From assembly GCA_902533445.1 (NCBI GenBank), contig CACALX010000003.1, positions 7,111 to 71,110 of the forward strand: DNA of 64,000 nt, given 5' to 3'. The notes beneath the pieces are model-generated. The model did not search any database. It was given only the letters and a program-made list of their open reading frames with translations, and was not told the origin of the DNA. The stretch comes from an uncultured Pelagibacteraceae bacterium. Lineage in GTDB: Bacteria > Pseudomonadota > Alphaproteobacteria > Pelagibacterales > Pelagibacteraceae. This document shows positions 10,841 to 20,161 of the stretch, one piece after another. Every line of letters begins with the position of its first letter. Positions within the stretch are counted from its first letter, which is position 1. Both the position numbers and the translations under genes were made by a program.

Positions 10841-11358
10841 TATTCAAAATAGGAAATTCCTGCAAAATCAGATTGATTTAATAGAGTTAATTTTTTTTTA
10901 TTATCCTTTGTAATTCCACCCAATATCACAACTCTTTTTTTTGTAAGCTTTGAAAGTAATTTAAATTTATTAATTCCTAGAAAATTTTTATTTTTTTTAA
11001 ATAAGGAAGATAAAAAAATTTTTTCAACATTTTGAGTTTCTTTATTTCTAATTTCTTTTAAATTGTGAGCTGAACCAATTATTTTAAAATTTTTTTTAAA
11101 TGAATATGATAGATGTTTATAACTTTTATTAAATGAAGGTATATAAGCACCATTTAAGTTTAATTTTAACGCTAATTTAATATTATTAGATAAGTAAAAT
11201 TTGATTCCTTTTTTTCTACAATATTTTTTAATTCTTATAATAATTTCTTCATTTATTATTTTTGAGGAGTAATTTCTATAAATAATCGCAGTTTGCTTAT
11301 CTTGTTTATCAATATTATTTGTTTCAAATTTATTTATAAAGTAATATTTTTTAATCAT
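10840..11358 (-). CDS. Thiamine-phosphate synthase-like (ThiE/TenI fold) protein
   Basis: IGSAHN, FLSSLF and ILGGI motifs; likely ATG at 11358. Confidence 0.7.
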   Translation of the reverse strand: MIKKYYFINKFETNNIDKQDKQTAIIYRNYSSKIINEEIIIRIKKYCRKKGIKFYLSNNIKLALKLNLNGAYIPSFNKSYKHLSYSFKKNFKIIGSAHNLKEIRNKETQNVEKIFLSSLFKKNKNFLGINKFKLLSKLTKKRVVILGGITKDNKKKLTLLNQSDFAGISYFE

Positions 11359-11364
11359 ATTTAT

Positions 11365-12024
11365 ATGCACAATACTGTAAAAAACTTATTAGATATAAAA
11401 GATAATATTAAAAATTATCTTAATAAATTAAATATTAATAATAATCCAAAAATTGTAGCTGTATCCAAAACTTTTGAAATTAACAAAATTTTACCACTCA
11501 TAGAATACGGTCATATTGATTTTGGAGAAAACAAAGTCCAGGAAGCTATTGAAAAATGGACTGAGATCAAAAAAACAAATTCGAGAGTGAAATTGCATAT
11601 GATTGGAAGATTACAAACCAACAAAGTCAAATTTGCTGTTCAAATATTTGATTACATCCACTCAGTAGATAGTGAAAAGCTTGCTAAAAAAATTTATGAC
11701 GAACAAAATAAAGTTGGAAAAAAAATTAAAATATTTTTACAAGTTAACATAGGTAATGAAGATCAAAAATCAGGAATTAGTAAGAATCATGTTATTCAAC
11801 TTGCTAATTATTGCAAAGAAATTGGTTTAGATTTGATTGGTTTAATGTGTATTCCTCCAATCAACGTTGATCCAGAGAGTTATTTTGAAGAAATGAAAGA
11901 GTTAAATGATTCCCTGGGTTTTGGTGAATTAAGTATGGGTATGTCCTCAGATTTTCTTATAGCTTCAAAATATCTTTCAACATACATTAGAATAGGATCT
12001 AGTATTTTTGGTTCTAGGTCTTAG
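11365..12024 (+). CDS. yggS: PLP homeostasis protein YggS
   Basis: VAVSKT, FGENKVQE, LHMIGRLQTNK and LSMGMSSD motifs; start moved to ATG 11365. Confidence 0.95.
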   Translation: MHNTVKNLLDIKDNIKNYLNKLNINNNPKIVAVSKTFEINKILPLIEYGHIDFGENKVQEAIEKWTEIKKTNSRVKLHMIGRLQTNKVKFAVQIFDYIHSVDSEKLAKKIYDEQNKVGKKIKIFLQVNIGNEDQKSGISKNHVIQLANYCKEIGLDLIGLMCIPPINVDPESYFEEMKELNDSLGFGELSMGMSSDFLIASKYLSTYIRIGSSIFGSRS

Positions 12025-12515
12025 ATAATTTTTATTTTTGTATTTTTATTAATTAACTTGAGCATAACTAAAAAATCTTTCTTTTTTAAACCAATGCACC
12101 CAGCTGTAGGTTTATAATTTTTTGTTAAATGAATGAATATGCAACTTCCTTTTCCAACGATAGGACTTATAAAATTATACTTAATTGGTATCATTAAATC
12201 ATATTTATAATCTTTTCTATTCAATTTCTCATGTTTGATTTTTTTTTCTATTTTGAAAAGTTTATTATACATTTTTGATGACCTAACATCGTTACACCAA
12301 CCCATATTTTTTTTTATTTTAATGCATTTTAGAGAAGTTAAAGGTTTTTCTATCCGATCTTTTCTGAAGTAAAGATGTTCAATTTGAAATTGACCCTTGG
12401 GAGTTTTTTTATCTCCTTCTTTTTTATATTTAGTTAAACCTTTTTTTCCAACACAACATTTAAATTTAAATTCATCTATTTGAAGTGTGTGTTTATTTTT
12501 TACAAAAATTATCAT
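12021..12515 (-). CDS. L,D-transpeptidase (YkuD) family protein
   Basis: KKEGDKKTPKG and GSCIFIH...PTAGCI motifs. Confidence 0.85.
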   Translation of the reverse strand: MIIFVKNKHTLQIDEFKFKCCVGKKGLTKYKKEGDKKTPKGQFQIEHLYFRKDRIEKPLTSLKCIKIKKNMGWCNDVRSSKMYNKLFKIEKKIKHEKLNRKDYKYDLMIPIKYNFISPIVGKGSCIFIHLTKNYKPTAGCIGLKKKDFLVMLKLINKNTKIKII

Positions 12516-12526
12516 ATGTTATCCTA

Positions 12527-13090
12527 GTGATCGATAAGAATTTAATAATATATAAATTTGTCAAACTATATCATATTCTTGAAGAACTTGGATTAGATTT
12601 AAATTTTAATGTTTTATTCGTAGATAATGAAAAAAATTTAAATGATAAAATTAAAAATTTTAATAACTATTTAATTATAACAAATAAAAAATATTCACAC
12701 ATTGATCATCAATTTGTTTTAAATAGCATCCCAATAAATATTTCTAAATTGACAGAAAAAATAAATATTGAATTATTAAAAACGCAATTTAATAATCAAT
12801 CACAATTTAAAGTGAAAAATTACGTTATTGATTTAAACTCCAGAGAAATTTTTGCGAAAAATATTAAGCTTAAATTGACGGAAAAAGAGATAAATACAAT
12901 TATTTTTTTATCTAGATCAAACGAACCTGTTAGCATTGATGTGTTGCAAGAAAAAGTATGGAGTTATCAATCTGATATAGAAACCCATACGGTTGAGACT
13001 CACATATATCGTTTAAGAAAAAAAATTCTAAATTCTTTTAAGGATAATGAATTTATAATTAGCAAAAAAAATGGTTATCAAATTAAGTAA
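12527..13090 (+). CDS. OmpR/PhoB-type winged-helix regulator with degenerate receiver domain
   Basis: LTEKE...VWSY...ETHTVETHIYRLRKK; probable GTG start at 12527. Confidence 0.85.
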   Translation: MIDKNLIIYKFVKLYHILEELGLDLNFNVLFVDNEKNLNDKIKNFNNYLIITNKKYSHIDHQFVLNSIPINISKLTEKINIELLKTQFNNQSQFKVKNYVIDLNSREIFAKNIKLKLTEKEINTIIFLSRSNEPVSIDVLQEKVWSYQSDIETHTVETHIYRLRKKILNSFKDNEFIISKKNGYQIK

Positions 13091-13190
13091 GAAAAATCCT
13101 ATTGCAAAAAATTTATTTTCGAAAAAGTATAAACCAAAAACTATCAAGCCCAAAAAAGGTAAGGGGAGTTTTAAAAGAAAGAAAAGTTAG
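13071..13190 (+). CDS. arfA: Alternative ribosome-rescue factor A-like protein (39 aa, not in ORF track)
   Basis: Hand translation MVIKLSKKNPIAKNLFSKKYKPKTIKPKKGKGSFKRKKS*; contains the ArfA hallmark KKGKGS(F/Y)xR. Confidence 0.75.
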   Translation: MVIKLSKKNPIAKNLFSKKYKPKTIKPKKGKGSFKRKKS

Positions 13191-13191
13191 C

Positions 13192-14121
13192 TTAAAGTCT
13201 TGCCCCAATTTTTTGTATTACCTTTGATGACATTTCAGTACCTTTTTCGAGGCATTTTTTTGTGGACAATTTGTTTATGTATCCATGTAAAAATCCAGCA
13301 GCAAAGAGATCGCCTGCGCCTGTAAGATCAACTATTTTCAAATTTTTTTGAATACCACTCTCAAATACTTCATCTCCATTAATTGCAACCGCACCTTTCT
13401 CACCCCTAGTTATAACTATTAATCTATTAAGTTTTTTTGAAAAATTTATAACTTCCTCAAAATTTTTTGCGTCAATCAATGAAGTAATTTCTTGTTCGTT
13501 AGCAAAAGTTATATCAAGTTTATTTTTAACTAAGCTTAAAAAATGAGTTTTATGCCTATCAACACAAAATAGATCTGAAAGAGACATGGCAACTTTATTT
13601 GCATTATTTATAGCTTTATCAAATGCTTTTTTGGGTTCTCCCTCATCCCACAAATAACCTTCTAAAAATATTATTTCACTTTTTTTTATGGCATCAGAAC
13701 TAACATCATTTTCATTAATTTTTCCCGCTGTACCTAAGAAGGTGCACATTGTCCTTTCTGAATCTGGAGTTATTAATATTAAGCAAGTACCTGTTGGTAA
13801 TTTTTCCTTCTTTTTTGAATAATAATACTCTACATTTTCTTTTTTTAATCCTTCTTCATAATTATTACCAAATTTATCATCTGAAATTTTTCCTATAAAG
13901 CCAGCTTCATTACCAAGCTGAGATATACCAACTATTGAGTTTGCGACCGATCCACCTGAAACTGTTTTTTCAATTTTTAGATTTGTTAATAAGTTTTTGA
14001 ATTCGTTTTCATCAAAAAATAATTTCATCGTGCTTTTTGTTAGGTTGTTTTGATTAATAAAACTTTCATCAACTTTACAAATGACGTCTACAATAGCGTT
14101 TCCTATCCCTAAAATTTTCAT
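13192..14121 (-). CDS. PfkB-family carbohydrate/adenosine kinase
   Basis: GIGNAIVD, GGSVANS, ERTMCTFLG and DLTGAGDLFAAG motifs. Confidence 0.92.
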   Translation of the reverse strand: MKILGIGNAIVDVICKVDESFINQNNLTKSTMKLFFDENEFKNLLTNLKIEKTVSGGSVANSIVGISQLGNEAGFIGKISDDKFGNNYEEGLKKENVEYYYSKKKEKLPTGTCLILITPDSERTMCTFLGTAGKINENDVSSDAIKKSEIIFLEGYLWDEGEPKKAFDKAINNANKVAMSLSDLFCVDRHKTHFLSLVKNKLDITFANEQEITSLIDAKNFEEVINFSKKLNRLIVITRGEKGAVAINGDEVFESGIQKNLKIVDLTGAGDLFAAGFLHGYINKLSTKKCLEKGTEMSSKVIQKIGARL

Positions 14122-14122
14122 G

Positions 14123-14779
14123 TTAAGCTTTTTTGGTAATAACAGGTTTTTTTCTATTTGGGTAGCAAGTAGTGCATATTTTACAACTTAACCCATAACA
14201 ATCTCTGGCTTTACAGTATTCTCTTCCATAAAATATTATTTGGAGATGAAGCTTAGACCAAGTTTTTTTTGGAAAAATTCTTTTTAAATCTTTTTCAGTT
14301 TGAACTACATTTTTCCCATTTGTTAAACCCCATCTTTGTGCGAGTCTATGTATATGAGTATCTACAGCAAAAGCTGGATATCCAAAACCTTGAGACATTA
14401 CTACACTTGCTGTTTTATGGCCTACACCAGGTAATTTTTCGAGTTCTTCAAAATTACTAGGTACTTTACCTTTATGTTTTTCTAGCACCTGTTTTGACAT
14501 CAAATAAATACTTTTGGCTTTAACTCTAAAAATCCCAATTTTTTTAATTAATTTTTCAATTTTTTTTCTCCCTAATCCTACAAAATGTTCTGGCTTATAG
14601 TATTTTGGATAAATATCTTTGGTTACATTATTAACATTTACATCAGTGCATTGAGCAGACAGCAGGACAGAAATTAATAACGTAAAAGTATTTTTACTTT
14701 TTAAAGGAACAGGTGCTTTAGGATAAATTTTATTTAAAGTCTTAATAATTATTTTTGCTTTTTGTTTCTCATTCATCAT
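14123..14779 (-). CDS. nth: Endonuclease III
   Basis: LLSAQCTD, LPGVGHKTA (HhH) and VDTHIHR motifs; Cys-rich tail. Confidence 0.95.
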   Translation of the reverse strand: MMNEKQKAKIIIKTLNKIYPKAPVPLKSKNTFTLLISVLLSAQCTDVNVNNVTKDIYPKYYKPEHFVGLGRKKIEKLIKKIGIFRVKAKSIYLMSKQVLEKHKGKVPSNFEELEKLPGVGHKTASVVMSQGFGYPAFAVDTHIHRLAQRWGLTNGKNVVQTEKDLKRIFPKKTWSKLHLQIIFYGREYCKARDCYGLSCKICTTCYPNRKKPVITKKA

Positions 14780-15552
14780 GAAAAGTTAAGCAAATCTCTC
14801 ATTGAATATAATCCTGGTTTTTTTTTTATTAACCATTTAGATGCAGTTAAAGCTCCATCCGAGTAAAGTCCTCTATCGAACGCCTCATGGTTTAAAGTAA
14901 TTATTTCTTTTCCACTTGAAAATTTTACTTCATGTTCACCAATAATTTCACCTTTTCTAATTGAGTTAAAATTAATTTTTTTTCCATAAGGAAAAGATTT
15001 TTCATTCAAGAATTTTTTACCAATTAAATTATATAAATTTTTATTTTTTCCATCTGCTATTCCTTTACCTAGCATTAAAGCAGTACCGGATGGATAGTCT
15101 TTTTTATGTTTGTGGTGTACTTCAAATATTTTACTTAAGTATTCATCATCAAGTGATTTTGAGGCAATCTCAGTTAAATACATCAATAAATTTACACCTA
15201 AGCTCATATTACCAGCTTTTAAAATTGGTATTTTTTTTGAATATTTTTTAATTTGATTTTCCTGGGCTTTTGTAAATCCAGTTGTACCAATTACTACTTT
15301 TTTCATCAATTTTGATGCTATTTTAAGTATTTCAAGCGTACACTCAGGTACTGTGAAATCAATAATTACATCAGTTTTTTCAAAAGCTTTATCAGAATTT
15401 AATTCAGGTTTAATTCCATTAAATTTTTTATTTACTAATCTATTCTCTGTGAGTGTAACTAGTTTGAAATTTTTATTTTTTTTTGAGGATTTTATGAGCT
15501 GTTGACCCATCCTACCCATACAACCAGAAATAGCTAAATTAATTTTTTTCAT
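14776..15552 (-). CDS. dapB: 4-hydroxy-tetrahydrodipicolinate reductase
   Basis: GCMGRMG, VIGTTG and EVHHKHKKDYPSGTA motifs; start moved to ATG 15552. Confidence 0.96.
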   Translation of the reverse strand: MKKINLAISGCMGRMGQQLIKSSKKNKNFKLVTLTENRLVNKKFNGIKPELNSDKAFEKTDVIIDFTVPECTLEILKIASKLMKKVVIGTTGFTKAQENQIKKYSKKIPILKAGNMSLGVNLLMYLTEIASKSLDDEYLSKIFEVHHKHKKDYPSGTALMLGKGIADGKNKNLYNLIGKKFLNEKSFPYGKKINFNSIRKGEIIGEHEVKFSSGKEIITLNHEAFDRGLYSDGALTASKWLIKKKPGLYSMRDLLNFS

Positions 15553-15719
15553 TAAAAGATCAAATACAGAAATATCATAAGAGCCAAAACAATAATACCC
15601 CAAATACTTAAGTTTATAAAAAAATCTTTATTCTTCAAATTTAATTTTATAAAGCCAGGTAGAACAAGAATTAATACTAATATTAAAGCTATTGATGGAA
15701 TAATTTCTTCTAAACCCAT
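15552..15719 (-). CDS. Small two-TM membrane protein (55 aa, not in ORF track)
   Basis: MGLEEIIPSIALILVLILVLPGFIKLNLKNKDFFINLSIWGIIVLALMIFLYLIF*; starts 3 nt after the dnaJ stop and has a TAATG overlap with dapB. Confidence 0.75.
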   Translation of the reverse strand: MGLEEIIPSIALILVLILVLPGFIKLNLKNKDFFINLSIWGIIVLALMIFLYLIF

Positions 15720-15722
15720 ATC

Positions 15723-16850
15723 TTAATTTTTCCAAAAGTCTTTTGCTTTTTGAAAAAATTTTTTGATACTTGGATTAGATTTATCGTTTTCAATTTCTCT
15801 AAATTGTTCTAATAACTCTTTTTGTTTTTTATTCAAGTATACGGGTACTTCTGTTTTAACTTGAACATATAAATCGCCAAAATCACCCCGTCTCATAAAT
15901 GGCATACCTTTGCCTTTTAATCTAAATTGTTTACCATTTTGAGTTCCATCTGGAATTTTTATTTTTGCTCGTCCACCATCTATTGTTGGAATTTCTATTG
16001 TTGTTCCTAATGCTGCATCTGCAAGAGAAAGTGGAAATTCAAAAAATAAATTTTCATCTGATCTTTTAAATAGTTCATGCGAATGAACATTGATAAATAA
16101 ATATAAATCACCTGTAGCACCACCTCTGCTGCCAGCTTCACCTTTTCCTGCAAGCCTAATTCTAGTTCCGTCATCAACACCTTTTGGAATAGTTACAGAA
16201 ATTTTCTTTGATGCTTGTTTTTTGCCTTGACCATTACAATCATTACATGGATTAGTTATTTCCTCACCATTACCATTACATTGTGGACATGTTTGTTGAA
16301 CGGTAAAGAAACCTTGGTTAGATCTTATTCTTCCATTTCCCCCACAATAAGAACATCTGTCTGGAGAATAACCTGGTTCTGAGCCGTTACCTTTGCAAGT
16401 TCCACATTGTTCAGTAGTTGCAAATTTTATATCTTGTTTTTTTCCATGATAAGCTTCTTCTAATGAAATTGATAAATCATATCTTAAATCTGAACCTCTA
16501 TTATTCGATCTTCTGTTTCTTGACCTTCCTCCGCCTCCAAAATCTCCAAAAAAATCCTCAAAAATATCTGAAAAATCTGCTCCACTAAAACCACCAAAAC
16601 CACCACCTGATCTGCCGCCACCATTTTCAAAAGCTGCATGTCCAAAGTTGTCGTAGTTTTGTTTTTTTTCTTTGTCTGAAAGTATTCCGTAAGCTTCACT
16701 AGCTTCTTTAAACTTTTCTTCAGCCTTTAAGTCACCAGGATTTTTATCTGGATGATATTTAACTGCTAGCTTTCTATACGCAGATTTTAGTTCATCAGGA
16801 CTTGCGCTCTTGTTAACGCCTAGGACATCATAATAGTCTCTTTTAGCCAT
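15723..16850 (-). CDS. dnaJ: Chaperone DnaJ
   Basis: HPD J-domain, G/F region and four CxxCxGxG repeats. Confidence 0.99.
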   Translation of the reverse strand: MAKRDYYDVLGVNKSASPDELKSAYRKLAVKYHPDKNPGDLKAEEKFKEASEAYGILSDKEKKQNYDNFGHAAFENGGGRSGGGFGGFSGADFSDIFEDFFGDFGGGGRSRNRRSNNRGSDLRYDLSISLEEAYHGKKQDIKFATTEQCGTCKGNGSEPGYSPDRCSYCGGNGRIRSNQGFFTVQQTCPQCNGNGEEITNPCNDCNGQGKKQASKKISVTIPKGVDDGTRIRLAGKGEAGSRGGATGDLYLFINVHSHELFKRSDENLFFEFPLSLADAALGTTIEIPTIDGGRAKIKIPDGTQNGKQFRLKGKGMPFMRRGDFGDLYVQVKTEVPVYLNKKQKELLEQFREIENDKSNPSIKKFFQKAKDFWKN

Positions 16851-16879
16851 CAAATTACCCCAGACAATTAAATGTCAGT

Positions 16880-18805
16880 TTATGCGCTTTTTTCTTTATT
16901 CTCGTCTTTTACTTCTTCAAAATCAGCATCAACAACATTCTCGTCTTTTTTACCTGTATCATCTCCACCGTCATCTTTGTTTGATTCTGGTTTAGCACTT
17001 TGTTGTGATTTATAGATTGCTTCTCCAAGTTTCATTGAAGCTTGAACTAAAGTTTCTGTTTTTTTCTTGATATCTTCAATGTCTTCACCTTTAAGAGCTT
17101 CTTTAACAGCAGAGGATGCATCTTCAATTGCTTTTTTCTCTGCATCTGAAATTTTTGATCCATGCTCTTTTAAGTTCTTTTCAGTTGAATGAATTAAAGT
17201 GTCTGCTTGGTTTCTAACATCAACAGACTCTCTCTTCTTTTTGTCAGCTTCTTTGTTAGCTTCAGCATCTTTAACCATTTTTTCAATTTCTTCATCACTT
17301 AGTCCACCTGAAGCTTGAATTTGAATCTTTTGTTCTTTACCAGTTCCTTTGTCTTTTGCTGAGACATTTACGATACCATTTGCATCAATATCAAATGTAA
17401 CTTCAATTTGAGGAACACCTCTTGGAGCTGGCGCAATACCCACTAACTCAAAATTACCTAGTAACTTGTTATCAGTAGCCATCTCTCTTTCACCTTGTAA
17501 AACTCTAATAGAAACAGCTGGTTGATTATCTTCAGCAGTTGAGAAAACTTGACTTTTTTTAGTTGGAATTGTTGTGTTTTTATCAATTAATTTTGTTGAA
17601 ACTCCACCAAGCGTTTCAATACCTAATGATAATGGTGTTACATCTAATAAAAGAACATCTTTAACATCACCTTGTAACACACCTGCTTGAATAGCAGCAC
17701 CCATTGCAACTACTTCATCAGGGTTTACGCTCTTATTAGGGTCTTTTCCAAAAAAGTTTTTAACTTCTGCTATAACTTTTGGCATTCTAGTCATACCACC
17801 AACCATAACCACTTCATCTATCTCACTTGAGGTAATTCCTGCGTCTTTTAAAGCAGTCTGACATGGAGGCATTGTTTTAGCAATTAAGTCTTCAACTAAA
17901 GCCTCAAGTTTTGCTCTAGTCATCTTTAAATTGATGTGTTTTGGACCAGTCTTATCTGCAGTTATAAATGGTAAATTTATATCCGTTTGTTCTGCAGATG
18001 ATAATTCTATTTTCGCTTTTTCAGCCGCTTCTTTTAATCTTTGTAAAGCAAGTTTATCTGATTTAAGATCAATACCATTATCTTTCTTAAACTCAGAAAT
18101 TAAATAATGAACAATAGCATTATCAAAATCTTCACCACCTAAAAAAGTATCACCATTAGTTGATTTAACTTCAAATACACCGTCACCTAATTCAAGTATA
18201 GAAACATCAAATGTTCCACCACCAAGATCGTATACAGCAATTTTTTTGTTTTGTTTTTTATCTAAACCATAAGCAAGTGATGCAGCAGTTGGTTCATTGA
18301 TAATTCTCAAAACTTCAAGTCCTGCAATTTTACCTGCATCTTTTGTAGCTTGTCTTTGAGCATCGTTAAAATATGCTGGTACAGTAATTACAGCTTTTGT
18401 TACTTCTGATCCTAAATATTTTTCTGCTGTCTCTTTCATCTTTTGTAATATGAAAGCAGAGATTTGTGAGGGAGAATACTTTTCTCCTTTTGCTTCAATC
18501 CAAGCATCTCCTTTTTCAGAGTTAACTATTTTAAATGGAGCAGCTTCAACATCTTTTTTTACTGTTGGATCATCAAAATTTCTTCCAATTAATCTTTTAA
18601 CTGCAAAAATTGTGTTTTCAGGATTTGTTACTGCCTGTCTTTTAGCAGGTTGACCTATTAATTTTTCATTTTCATCAGTAAATGCAACTACTGAAGGTGT
18701 CGTTCTTGCTCCCTCTGCATTTTCCAAAACCTTGGCTTGTGTTCCTTCCATTACTGCAACACAAGAGTTGGTTGTTCCTAAATCTATTCCAATTATTTTG
18801 CTCAT
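16880..18805 (-). CDS. dnaK: Chaperone DnaK
   Basis: [17 protein letters not shown] and DLGGGTFD motifs. Confidence 0.99.
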   Translation of the reverse strand: MSKIIGIDLGTTNSCVAVMEGTQAKVLENAEGARTTPSVVAFTDENEKLIGQPAKRQAVTNPENTIFAVKRLIGRNFDDPTVKKDVEAAPFKIVNSEKGDAWIEAKGEKYSPSQISAFILQKMKETAEKYLGSEVTKAVITVPAYFNDAQRQATKDAGKIAGLEVLRIINEPTAASLAYGLDKKQNKKIAVYDLGGGTFDVSILELGDGVFEVKSTNGDTFLGGEDFDNAIVHYLISEFKKDNGIDLKSDKLALQRLKEAAEKAKIELSSAEQTDINLPFITADKTGPKHINLKMTRAKLEALVEDLIAKTMPPCQTALKDAGITSSEIDEVVMVGGMTRMPKVIAEVKNFFGKDPNKSVNPDEVVAMGAAIQAGVLQGDVKDVLLLDVTPLSLGIETLGGVSTKLIDKNTTIPTKKSQVFSTAEDNQPAVSIRVLQGEREMATDNKLLGNFELVGIAPAPRGVPQIEVTFDIDANGIVNVSAKDKGTGKEQKIQIQASGGLSDEEIEKMVKDAEANKEADKKKRESVDVRNQADTLIHSTEKNLKEHGSKISDAEKKAIEDASSAVKEALKGEDIEDIKKKTETLVQASMKLGEAIYKSQQSAKPESNKDDGGDDTGKKDENVVDADFEEVKDENKEKSA

Positions 18806-18828
18806 AATATTATTGTCTCTCTTTCATC

Positions 18829-18856
18829 ATATAGGGTTTAAATTTGAAACTACAAG
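18829..18856 (-). promoter_or_regulatory. RpoH (sigma-32)-type promoter of dnaK
   Basis: Minus strand reads CTTG-N17-CCTATAT, matching the alphaproteobacterial heat-shock consensus. Confidence 0.8.
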
Positions 18857-18868
18857 TTGACCTCATTA

Positions 18869-19522
18869 TTATTTATCTCCTGAATTTTCCTGATTTTTTT
18901 CAGTTTTTTCCTCTTTTTTGGTCGCTTTTTTTGAGACACCAACCAATGAAGGTCTTAAAAGTCTATCTCTAATAGTGAAGCCTTTTTGAATTTCTTGAAC
19001 AACTGTTCCAGCTTCTTTAGTGTCATCTTCAATTTCCATCATTGCTTGATGAAAGTTAGGATCTAGTTTTTTGTTAATACAATCAATTGGTTTAATATTG
19101 TTTTTTTCAAAAATAGAAATTAGATCTTTCTTTATTATTTCTAAATGCTCCAGTGTCTTTTTTAAAGCGTCTGTTTCTTTTAACTTGTTATCGCTTTCTA
19201 AAACATGTTTAGAACGATCTAAGTTGTCAATTAAATTTAATGCTTCTTTTGCAAAGCTAGAACCTCCATACTCAAAAGCATCCTCTTTTTCTTTCTCAAA
19301 CCTTCTTCTTTGATTTTCCATTTCGGCAAAAGTTCGTGCCAGTTTATCTTCTAGTTCAGCAATTTTTTCCTCTGGAGTTGGTTCTTTAATCTCTTCTTTT
19401 ATTTCCTGAGGTGTTTCTTGTTTATTTTCACCCGCTGAGCTTTCCTCAGGTTTTTCTGTTTCTTTTTCTAAATTCTGATTTTCGTCTTCTGGAGTATTGT
19501 TTTGGTTTTCTTCTTTTTCCAT
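18869..19522 (-). CDS. grpE: Nucleotide exchange factor GrpE
   Basis: AEMENQRRR, DPNFHQA and RLLRPSLV motifs; start moved to ATG 19522. Confidence 0.96.
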   Translation of the reverse strand: MEKEENQNNTPEDENQNLEKETEKPEESSAGENKQETPQEIKEEIKEPTPEEKIAELEDKLARTFAEMENQRRRFEKEKEDAFEYGGSSFAKEALNLIDNLDRSKHVLESDNKLKETDALKKTLEHLEIIKKDLISIFEKNNIKPIDCINKKLDPNFHQAMMEIEDDTKEAGTVVQEIQKGFTIRDRLLRPSLVGVSKKATKKEEKTEKNQENSGDK

Positions 19523-19530
19523 AGGCTCAT

Positions 19531-19558
19531 ATATGGTAAGGAATTTAATTATTTCTAG
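19531..19558 (-). promoter_or_regulatory. Possible RpoH-type promoter of grpE
   Basis: Minus strand reads CTAG-N18-CCATAT; a weaker match than the dnaK promoter. Confidence 0.45.
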
Positions 19559-20161
19559 ATGTCTAAGCAAAAAATTAAACAATTACTCATTGGTACTAAC
19601 AATAGAGGTAAATTAAGAGAAATTAAGAGTTTATTACCAAATTATATCAAAATTTACTCAACTTCTAATTTTAGACTTAAAAGTCCTGCTGAAAATGGAA
19701 AAACTTTTGAGGAAAATTCATTAATCAAATCAAAACATTTCTCTAGGAAGACTGGTCTGATATGTTTGGCTGATGACTCTGGTTTGGAGATAGATCATTT
19801 AGATAAAAGGCCTGGAATTTATTCTGCACGATGGGGAGGAAAATCAGGGGATTTTAATAAAGCTATTAAAAAAGTATTTAGAGAGTTAGATAAAAAAGAT
19901 AAGAATTGGAAAAATAAAAAAATTAAAGCAAGATTTGTTTGTGCTCTATCAATCTCTTACTTAAATAAAAAAATTGCTTGTGTAGTAGGCAAAGTTGAGG
20001 GTCGAATATCAAATGAACAAAAAGGGGAAAATGGATTTGGTTATGATCCAATTTTTATTCCACTAAAAAAAACTAAAACATTTGGTGAAATGAGACCATC
20101 TCAAAAATACAAAATGGATCATCGCTATCAAGCTTTTAAAAAGCTTAAAAGATTTCTGTAA
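19559..20161 (+). CDS. rdgB: dITP/XTP pyrophosphatase (RdgB/HAM1)
   Basis: TNNRGK, ADDSGL, GIYSARW and GFGYDPIF motifs. Confidence 0.95.
   Translation: MSKQKIKQLLIGTNNRGKLREIKSLLPNYIKIYSTSNFRLKSPAENGKTFEENSLIKSKHFSRKTGLICLADDSGLEIDHLDKRPGIYSARWGGKSGDFNKAIKKVFRELDKKDKNWKNKKIKARFVCALSISYLNKKIACVVGKVEGRISNEQKGENGFGYDPIFIPLKKTKTFGEMRPSQKYKMDHRYQAFKKLKRFL

Noticed and set aside
11293-11364. Long N-terminal extensions in the ORF track for yggS, dapB, grpE, tsaB, fabA, ubiB, rpsT and the HIG1 protein
   Set aside because: They are artefacts of taking the first possible start codon; family-like sequence begins at the downstream ATGs used above.
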